The position numbers and the translations under genes are program-made. The notes beneath the pieces were generated by a model. It made no database searches and was not told where the DNA came from. It saw only the letters and a program-made list of their open reading frames with translations. DNA of 64,000 nucleotides, taken from an uncultured Alphaproteobacteria bacterium. GTDB lineage: Bacteria > Pseudomonadota > Alphaproteobacteria > Rhizobiales > Kaistiaceae. Location: positions 25,090-89,089 of the forward strand of contig CAVTBE010000012.1 in the NCBI GenBank assembly GCA_963732845.1, written 5' to 3'. Position 1 is the first letter of the stretch. Each line of letters opens with the position of its first letter. Shown here one piece after another: positions 57,363 to 64,000 of this stretch.

Positions 57363-57385
57363 GCCGGCCGGCGTTGCCCCGATCC

Positions 57386-57520
57386 TCAGGCCGACAGCCG
57401 CTTGCGGCCGCGGGCGCGGCGGGCGGCGATCACCTTGCGGCCGCCGGTCGTCGCCATGCGTGCGCGGAAGCCATGGCGGCGCTTGCGGATCAGCTTGCTC
57501 GGTTGATAGGTACGTTTCAT
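57386..57520 (-). CDS. rpmH: 50S ribosomal protein L34
   Basis: Translates exactly to '[44 protein letters not shown]'. It is too short to appear in the ORF track. Confidence 0.95.
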   Translation of the reverse strand: MKRTYQPSKLIRKRRHGFRARMATTGGRKVIAARRARGRKRLSA

Positions 57521-57697
57521 ATCGTGTCGTCTCCGCGCGGACCGGGCGCGCCGGGCTTATAAGGAGCGGGTTGAATCGAGTCAACGCGAACCACCTCCGG
57601 CCGCGGCGGTCGTTCTCGTGCGGTGGCTTTTAGCCGAAACCGGCTATCATTGCCACCGTTTCGGCCGCAGGATTTGCTTGGGATCTGAAGACGACAC

Positions 57698-59140
57698 ATG
57701 GCGGACAGTCTTACCCCTGAAATATGCGTGATTGGCGGCGGTCCGGCGGGCATTGCCGCGGCGCTGGCGGCTGCCGGTGAGGGCGTTGCCGTCGTTCTGG
57801 TCGAAAAAGCCGCGCTTGGCGGCGCCGACCTCGCCAGCGGCTCGATCCCCTCAAATGCGCTCCTCGCCGCGGCGGAGGTTAACGAACTGCTGCGCCGCGG
57901 CCCCGCCATCGGCGTCACCGGGGCGCCGCTCCAGGTCAATTTCGCCAAGGTGCGCGAGCATCTGGCCGCCGTCAGCGCGGCGGTCGCCGCCAATATCAGC
58001 GCCGAACGGCTGACCGCGCTCGGCATTACCGTGGTCAACGCCGCCGCCCGTTTCACCGACCGCGATACGGTTGTAGCCGGCGATGTCACCATTCGCGCCC
58101 GCCGTTATGTCCTGGCGGTCGGCGCCGAGCCGGTGCCGCCTGAAATCCCCGGCCTCGACGGCGTCGACGTCATGACCGCCGCCAACGCCTTCGATCTCTC
58201 CCGCAAGCTGACCCACCTCATCGTGCTCGGCGCCGGCCGCGCCGGGCTCGAACTGGCCCAGGCCTTCAACCGGCTCGGCATCGACACCACCGTGATCGAT
58301 CGCGGCCCGGCCTTGCCGGAAACCGATCCGGAACTCTCCGCGATCGTCGTCGACCGCCTGCGCGCCGAGGGCATCCGCGTGCGCGTCGGCGTCGATATCG
58401 TCTCGGTCGGCCGCCGCCGCGGCGGGGTGCGTTTCACCGTCTCCGACCCGGAAGGCGATACCGCGGCCATCGACGGCTCGCACCTGCTCATCACCAGCGG
58501 CCGCAAGCCGGCCGTCGACGGCCTCGAACTCGCGATCGCCGGCATTCGTCATGACGCCGCCGGTGTCGTCGTCGACCGTCGCCTGCGCACCGCCAACCGG
58601 CGGGTCTATGCCATCGGCGATGCCGTTGCCGGGCCGCCCGGCGCCGCCCGCGGCCAGGCCCAGGCGCGGCAGGTGGTGACCGCGATCCTCTTCCGCCTGC
58701 CGCTCGCCGACCGCTCCGACGAGGCGCCGCTGGTCACCTTCACCGATCCGGCGCTGGCCACCGTCGGCCTCGGCGAGGCCGCGGCGCGGCAGCGCCACGG
58801 GGCGGGCGTGCGCGTGCTGCGCTTCCCCTTCGCCGAGAACGAGCGCGCCCAGATCGAGCGCATGCCGGCCGGCATGATCAAGGTGGTGGTCGGCCCCCGC
58901 GGCCGCGTCCTGGGGGCGGGCCTCGTCGGCCACGAAGCCGGCGAGATGATCGCGCTGTGGTCGCTGGCCGTCGCCCGGCGTCTGCCGATCGCCGCGCTCG
59001 CCGCCCTGCCGGTGCCTTACCTGACACGCGCCGAGATTTCCCGCCGCGTCGCCGCCGGCATGGCCGAGCACGCTACCCGCCCCGGTTTGACCGCCACCTG
59101 GCGCCGACGCATCATCGCCTTGCTGGGCAAGCTCGGTTGA
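57698..59140 (+). CDS. Flavoprotein disulfide reductase-family homologue (dihydrolipoyl dehydrogenase-like) lacking the redox-active cysteine pair
   Basis: FAD fold 'VIGGGPAGIAAALAAA' and NAD fold 'LIVLGAGRAGLELA'. The canonical 'GGTCLNVGCIPSK' is 'GGADLASGSIPSN', and the C-terminal 'HPT.SE' is 'PYLTRAE'. Confidence 0.8.
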   Translation: MADSLTPEICVIGGGPAGIAAALAAAGEGVAVVLVEKAALGGADLASGSIPSNALLAAAEVNELLRRGPAIGVTGAPLQVNFAKVREHLAAVSAAVAANISAERLTALGITVVNAAARFTDRDTVVAGDVTIRARRYVLAVGAEPVPPEIPGLDGVDVMTAANAFDLSRKLTHLIVLGAGRAGLELAQAFNRLGIDTTVIDRGPALPETDPELSAIVVDRLRAEGIRVRVGVDIVSVGRRRGGVRFTVSDPEGDTAAIDGSHLLITSGRKPAVDGLELAIAGIRHDAAGVVVDRRLRTANRRVYAIGDAVAGPPGAARGQAQARQVVTAILFRLPLADRSDEAPLVTFTDPALATVGLGEAAARQRHGAGVRVLRFPFAENERAQIERMPAGMIKVVVGPRGRVLGAGLVGHEAGEMIALWSLAVARRLPIAALAALPVPYLTRAEISRRVAAGMAEHATRPGLTATWRRRIIALLGKLG

Positions 59141-59144
59141 GCCG

Positions 59145-60641
59145 ATGAACGACCGACCCGGAAACGGCGAGGGAGGGCCGGAGGCCCGACAGGGAACGGA
59201 AAAAACCGTGACGGCACAGAAGGTTCCGGTGCGGCGCGGCTTCGGCCTGTCGTGGAAGCTGCTGGTGTTGACCGTCCTTTACGTGATGCTCAGCGAAGTG
59301 CTGATCTACGTCCCCTCGATCGCCAATTTCCGCGAGAACTGGCTGGTCGACCACATGACCATGGCCGATGCAGCCTCCTCGGTGCTGGCCGAGTCGGTCG
59401 CCTCGGAAGTGCCGCGCAGCATCCAGGAGGACCTGCTCGCCGCGGTCGGCGCCAAGGCCATCGCCATCCGCACCGGCGCCGCCAGCCGCCTGATCGCCAC
59501 CGTCGACATGCCGCCGGAGGTCGACCGCACCGCCGATCTCAGGGTCATGGAGCCGGTCGCCCAGATCGTCGATGCCTTCGACACCCTCTTCGCCGAGAAG
59601 CCGCGCACACTCAGGGTCATCGGCAATTCACGCTCCGGCGCCGTGCTCGAGCTGATCATCAGCGACCGGCCGCTGCGCGCCGCCATGCTCGACTACTCGC
59701 TCAACATCGTCTGGCTGGCGGCGGTCATCTCGATCATCACCGCCGGTCTTCTCTATTTCACCATCAACCGGCTGCTGGTCAGGCCCGTGCGCCGCCTGAC
59801 CGAGAACATCGTCTCCTTCTCGGAGGCGCCGGAGGACGCCACCCGTGTGATTGAGCCGAGCGGCCGCCGCGACGAGGTCGGCGTTGCCGAGGAGCGTCTG
59901 GCCGCCATGGAGCGCGACCTGCAGGGGACGCTGCGCGAGCAGCGCCATCTCGCCGATCTCGGCCTCGCCGTCTCCAAGATCAACCACGATCTCAGGAACA
60001 TGCTGGCCTCGGCGCAGCTTTTTTCCGATCGCCTCGGCAGCCTGCCAGACCCCAATGTCCAGCGTTTCGCGCCCAAGCTGATCGGCGCGCTCGACCGCGC
60101 CATCGCCTATTGCCAGTCGACGCTCACCTACGGACGGGCGCGCGAGCCGGCGCCGGCCCGTCGGCTGATCGCCCTCGGCCGCCTGGTCGACGATGTCGCC
60201 GACGCCCTCGGCCTCGTCGAAAACCCCATGATCGCCTGGGAAAACCAGGTGCCACCCGGCCTCGAGGTCGATGCCGACCCGGACCAGCTCTTCCGCGTCC
60301 TGGTCAATCTCGGCCGCAATTCGGTTCAGGCCATGGAGGCCCACGCCAATCCGGCGGTGATCTGCCGGCTCACCGTATCGGCCGCGCGCGAAGCGTCCAC
60401 CGTGACCATCCGCGTGGCCGACACCGGTCCCGGCGTGCCCGAGAAGGCGCGCGCCACCCTCTTCCGCGCCTTCCAGGGCTCGGTCAGCCCGGGCGGCACC
60501 GGCCTGGGGCTGGCCATCGCCGCCGAGCTGATGCGCGCCCATGGCGGGTCGATCGCGCTGGACGAGGGTGGTCCCGGCGCCACCTTCGCCATCGCTATTC
60601 CCGATCGTCGGCGCACCAATGGCCGCAACGGCAACGCCTGA
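59145..60641 (+). CDS. Membrane sensor histidine kinase
   Basis: Two TM segments, H-box 'VSKINHDLRNMLASAQL', N box 'LVNLGRNSVQA', G boxes 'DTGPGVP' and 'GTGLGLAIA'. Confidence 0.85.
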   Translation: MNDRPGNGEGGPEARQGTEKTVTAQKVPVRRGFGLSWKLLVLTVLYVMLSEVLIYVPSIANFRENWLVDHMTMADAASSVLAESVASEVPRSIQEDLLAAVGAKAIAIRTGAASRLIATVDMPPEVDRTADLRVMEPVAQIVDAFDTLFAEKPRTLRVIGNSRSGAVLELIISDRPLRAAMLDYSLNIVWLAAVISIITAGLLYFTINRLLVRPVRRLTENIVSFSEAPEDATRVIEPSGRRDEVGVAEERLAAMERDLQGTLREQRHLADLGLAVSKINHDLRNMLASAQLFSDRLGSLPDPNVQRFAPKLIGALDRAIAYCQSTLTYGRAREPAPARRLIALGRLVDDVADALGLVENPMIAWENQVPPGLEVDADPDQLFRVLVNLGRNSVQAMEAHANPAVICRLTVSAAREASTVTIRVADTGPGVPEKARATLFRAFQGSVSPGGTGLGLAIAAELMRAHGGSIALDEGGPGATFAIAIPDRRRTNGRNGNA

Positions 60642-60664
60642 GGCGGCCTGCGGCGCTCGGCAGC

Positions 60665-60688
60665 GGAGACGAGCGCATGGTCGTCTCC
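60665..60688 (+). terminator. Possible terminator hairpin after the kinase gene
   Basis: 8-bp stem 'ggagacga'/'tcgtctcc' with an 8-nt loop, 24 nt past the stop. No U-tract, so this is weak. Confidence 0.3.
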
Positions 60689-60708
60689 CGGTGCCCACGC
60701 GGCAAGCC

Positions 60709-60720
60709 GGGGGGGGGGGG
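60709..60720. repeat. Homopolymeric G12 tract
   Basis: Twelve consecutive G residues in the intergenic region between the kinase gene and tRNA-Arg. Confidence 0.95.
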
Positions 60721-60835
60721 ACTACCGCAGATGCCAAACGTCTGTCGGCTCCGGCGCGCCTCTTGCAATCCGTGAGGCCATTCAGTAGCTAAGGCCGGCC
60801 ATCCGCCGCCGCGTTGCAGGGGCGGCACCGGCCAG

Positions 60836-60912
60836 GCGCCCGTAGCTCAGCTGGATAGAGCACCAGACTACGAATCTGGGGGTCAGGGGTTCGAATCCCT
60901 TCGGGCGCGCCA
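60836..60912 (+). tRNA. tRNA-Arg (anticodon ACG)
   Basis: Cloverleaf: acceptor GCGCCCG/CGGGCGC, D-arm 'tagctcagctggatagagc', anticodon stem-loop 'ccaga-CTACGAA-tctgg', T-arm 'caggggttcgaatccctt', encoded CCA. Confidence 0.9.
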
Positions 60913-60949
60913 ATCTTTTCAATGACTTAAGTAGTCTTGAGCGTTGAAA

Positions 60950-61915
60950 TCATGAGCCGGTTTGCATCTGGTTTGCAGAATTGGTTCGTGAGGCGTTCTC
61001 CAGCTTGCTGATCGCCGCGTCAGCCAAATGACGCGTTCGAGAAAGGTATCGTTCCAGGATCAAGTCCACGGTCTTCAACGAGTGCCCCGTGATCGTTGCA
61101 ATCTCCGGGACCGTGCAGCTTGCTTCCGCGAGCATCGTTACGGCGGTACCGCGCAGGTCGTGGAAGTGGAGGCCAGAGATTCCTGCTGCGGCTGATGCCC
61201 GTGCCCATTGCGCCGCGAAATAGCGCTTCTTAAATGGTCGGCCGGATTTCGTGACGAGGATTACAGCAGCGTCACGCGACAACCCGTCGAGCATCTCGCG
61301 TAGTGCAGTTGTGCAGGGAATTGCCACGCGCCGACCGGTCTTGCCTTGGCGTATCGACAAGGCCTTTCCATCGTACTGGCTCCACGCGAACCTCAGAATG
61401 TCCGCCTGCCTCTGCCCCGTGTGCAGCGCGAGCAGCATCGCGCGCCGCATTTCGACTGGGGCAACCTTCATAAATGAGCCGATCTGCTCCGGCAGCCAGA
61501 TCGCGTCCGAACGATCTACACGATACAGACGCTTGATGCCCACAAGATGGTTTTGATCGATGAGCGCTCGGTCGCGTCCCCAGGTAAGCATCGCCGAAAC
61601 TGCGGATATCCTGTGATCGGCCTCTCTCGCGCCCGATTTTGCGGCGACGGCATCGCGCCATTCAATGAAGTCTCGTCGCACCCGAGGGTCATTTAGTGCG
61701 GCGATCGGAAGGTCCGAGAATTCTCGTTCGGCGGCGAGTAACAGCCGCTTGTATTCAGCACGAGTGCTGTCAGCTAGTCGAGCAAACTCAGGCGACAGGG
61801 TATAGTCACGAACGAGCCCGTCGAACCTCCCAGCCAATCTGTCATGCAACAATTTCTCCGCTGCAGCCACGCATGCCAAAAACTCGAGCGAGCCCGGAGC
61901 TCCGCTAAGTCTCAT
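60950..61915 (-). CDS. int: Tyrosine recombinase / phage-type integrase
   Basis: 321 aa. 'LLALHTGQRQADI' and 'HFHDLRGTAVTMLAEA...ITGHS...ILERY' give the R..HxxR..Y catalytic set. It lies 38 nt from the 3' end of tRNA-Arg. Confidence 0.85.
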   Translation of the reverse strand: MRLSGAPGSLEFLACVAAAEKLLHDRLAGRFDGLVRDYTLSPEFARLADSTRAEYKRLLLAAEREFSDLPIAALNDPRVRRDFIEWRDAVAAKSGAREADHRISAVSAMLTWGRDRALIDQNHLVGIKRLYRVDRSDAIWLPEQIGSFMKVAPVEMRRAMLLALHTGQRQADILRFAWSQYDGKALSIRQGKTGRRVAIPCTTALREMLDGLSRDAAVILVTKSGRPFKKRYFAAQWARASAAAGISGLHFHDLRGTAVTMLAEASCTVPEIATITGHSLKTVDLILERYLSRTRHLADAAISKLENASRTNSANQMQTGS

Positions 61916-61989
61916 TCCGGTGGCACGATGATAGTAGTAGAACTACCGCCGTGCCATCACGCCGCCGCTTCCGGACGGTATTAATGCCC

Positions 61990-62184
61990 TTAAGCATCAC
62001 GCGCACGACGGTTTCTCCATTCGTCGAGAGTGTGTTCGGAAGTGTGCTCGTTATGCGATCTGTCGGCAACGATCACGATCTTTCCACTCTGGTCGATCTC
62101 AACGCGCCCAATAGGCAACCCAGCAGCGACGGCGCCTCGTATCGCCCGTTTCACATCGTCTTGCGTGTAGGGCCTGGGTCTCAT
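61990..62184 (-). CDS. Small island-borne protein (64 aa), unknown function
   Basis: 'RPYTQDDVKRAIRGAVAAGLPIGRVEIDQSGKIVIV' resembles small ORFs I recall seeing next to integrases in Rhizobiales islands. This is recollection only. Confidence 0.4.
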   Translation of the reverse strand: MRPRPYTQDDVKRAIRGAVAAGLPIGRVEIDQSGKIVIVADRSHNEHTSEHTLDEWRNRRARDA

Positions 62185-62744
62185 CTGCTACCAGCAATAG
62201 CGAGCGGGCGATGGCTCGCGCTCGGAAAACGAAAACATGCGAATGCCGTCGCCGCTTTCCCACCTGCCCAACGTGGGGTTGGTTCTCGTCCAGGCTCGCA
62301 GCGCAGACTAATCGGATGTCTGCTGCCTGAGCGGCTGAGTGCGCGGACCTCGGAAAGGGCCTGCGTCAGAAGCTCTTTGACAGGGTCGTGAGCAGCGGTC
62401 TGGGGGCGTGGTCTGTTCATCGACTATGTTATAGCGAAAAGGCCGACTAGCCGCGGCGGCAATTGGACTTTTTTTCGTGCTGCCACGAGACTCAGGCGAC
62501 GCCGAGCTCAAAGACGCGCGCGGTCGCGCTGTTGGAGTTCCAAGGCGAAGAAGTGGCTATCCAAGGACGCCGACCTCAGTTCCTTGAGTTGGTTATTCGG
62601 CGTGACCTGCGTGGCGGCACAGAGCCCGCCAGATTTGCCTCAATGCTGATGGCATTTGTTGTGGTAGTCGCTGTGGTCTGGGATAAAGCCGGTTGACTCA
62701 GCTGCTTCGGATTCGATCAGATCGAAATCGATTCATCTACCCAA

Positions 62745-63215
62745 ATGAAGAAACGAGATGCCGCATACTACCGACGACGCCTGAAGGCGGAGCATCCCTC
62801 CATCTATGCCGATCTGACAGCGGGACGGATTTCGAGTACGCGCCAGGCCGCTGCCAAAGCTGGGTTGATACATCTACCTACCCGCCTGTTGGGACTGAGG
62901 AGGGAATGGAAGGGTGCGACGAACAAAGAACGCAGAGAATTTCTTGAATGGCTCAAGAGTGGCTCAGCACCCGGCGTCAAGGGAAAGGCGCCGAAAGATC
63001 CGCTGCTGGATGCCGCAGGGTATCTTTCGCGCTCGGCCGCTGATCGTGTTTGGGAACTGAAGCGGAGCCTGCGGCTAAAGAAGGGTCAGATGTATGTGCA
63101 GATGGGCCTCAAAGCCTATGATTGGCGCGTGATTGGAGTGCTTAAAGGCGAACGCGTGCCGACCTCGGACGTGCTTGAGGCGATTAGGTCTTGGTTGACG
63201 AAGCATTCTGTGTAG
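62745..63215 (+). CDS. Hypothetical island protein (156 aa)
   Basis: ATG-initiated ORF in a lower-GC segment with a basic N-terminus. I recognised no family. Confidence 0.35.
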   Translation: MKKRDAAYYRRRLKAEHPSIYADLTAGRISSTRQAAAKAGLIHLPTRLLGLRREWKGATNKERREFLEWLKSGSAPGVKGKAPKDPLLDAAGYLSRSAADRVWELKRSLRLKKGQMYVQMGLKAYDWRVIGVLKGERVPTSDVLEAIRSWLTKHSV

Positions 63216-64000
63216 TCGGTTGCCTAAAGGAAAATCAGACGAAACGGTTGCTCTCGAATTGGCCGAGTCAGGAGGACGATCCGGAATCCACTGCGGGCCC
63301 ATAAGGCACTTCCTTTGAATCCTCGGAATTCCTCTAGGACTTCCATTCTGGTGCAGCCTAAAAAGCTACCGGTTCCTGATTTTGCCGTGGGATCCGTCCG
63401 ACCTCCGCGGCTTATCCCGCAAAATGTGCTGCGGTCGTTCCGTTGAGCGTTTCCACGAAACATGGCCACCAGCAGGTGCGCCGGTCGTTGCCGAGGTTTG
63501 CGGTGAGATCGGCGAACTTTCTGGCGCTCACGCGAACAGGTCGCGGTCTTCGCTTCCCGCGGCGGAGTCGACCTATAGGTCACATCACATACTTTCCGAT
63601 CTGACGAACTTGGTGATTGCGAGCGAGTTCTGCGCGATCGGGCTAGAGGCTACGCCAATCGGAATTGCTTCCTCGGTCGAAGCGCTCTGCTCTACTCGTT
63701 GGCGGCCCTCACACCGAACGCCCGTTCCGTGTCCGTCAGAACTCAGGTGCCCATCGCTTCCACAAGCTGGCTGCTCCACAGGATGCGGCGCCATTCGGGG
63801 AAGGCACGCCACCCGACAACGCAGTGATAGATGCATCTACCAAACCGACGGCTCTGTCGGCTGATGTCCGTCGTGGGTTTCGTGGAGCTCTTCGAGGTGC
63901 GCTCCGGCCACGTCCACGGCGGCTGCATGCTGGTGCGCCTCGAAGCGCGCCACGTTCATCTTTGTTGAAAGTGTCGTAACTGAACAACTGAGCCGGCGCT

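Noticed and set aside
62181-62511. Overlapping ORFs upstream of the small island gene (62181-62420 and 62308-62511) as a possible excisionase
   Set aside because: No HTH motif is recognisable, and the competing frames have similar quality. The evidence is insufficient to call either.
63224-64000. Several 80-160-aa ORFs on both strands at the window end
   Set aside because: They mutually overlap, are Arg/Ser/Pro-rich and have no motifs. They may hide real island genes, but nothing supports a specific call.

Overview
High-GC (about 65-68%) alphaproteobacterial chromosome segment, Hyphomicrobiales/Rhizobiales-like by gene order and protein families. Most of it is conserved core: yejA-yejA-yejB-yejE...yejF peptide importer, kdsB, pheA, nudC, ffs-dnaX-ybaB...recR, rmuC, def-fmt-truA, dapE, dapD, argB, engB, yidC-rnpA-rpmH. 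Three accessory patches interrupt it. (1) 1-8250 is a decayed P4-like integrative element: integrase, AlpA, a small ORF with an in-frame TGA and a Prim-Pol primase cut to 81 aa. It sits beside an IS1182-family insertion with a frameshifted transposase and a class III cyclase/NB-ARC/TPR gene bracketed by about 105-bp perfect direct repeats. (2) 25956-31139 lies downstream of pheA and is a mosaic: a DUF559 cassette between 70-bp duplications of the pheA 3' end, REP/MITE-like modules, a sharply low-GC (about 40%) orphan P-loop NTPase gene, a MazEF-type TA pair, an intact ISAs1-family IS with a 10-bp target duplication inside a REP hairpin, and about 700 bp of repeat-only DNA. (3) 60913-64000 is a lower-GC island with a tyrosine integrase inserted at tRNA-Arg(ACG). 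The best candidate for an undescribed system is the low-GC 472-aa P-loop NTPase (26798-28216), on the same strand as the MazEF pair in a defence-island-like context. Other oddities: a secreted-protein gene plus a PIN-toxin TA pair wedged with ATGA overlaps between yejE and yejF, an internally duplicated di-haem membrane cytochrome c, a frameshifted ArfA-like small ORF, and a flavoprotein disulfide reductase homologue lacking its redox cysteines. No rRNA genes and no CRISPR array were seen. All family calls come from motif recognition by eye. No database search was run.
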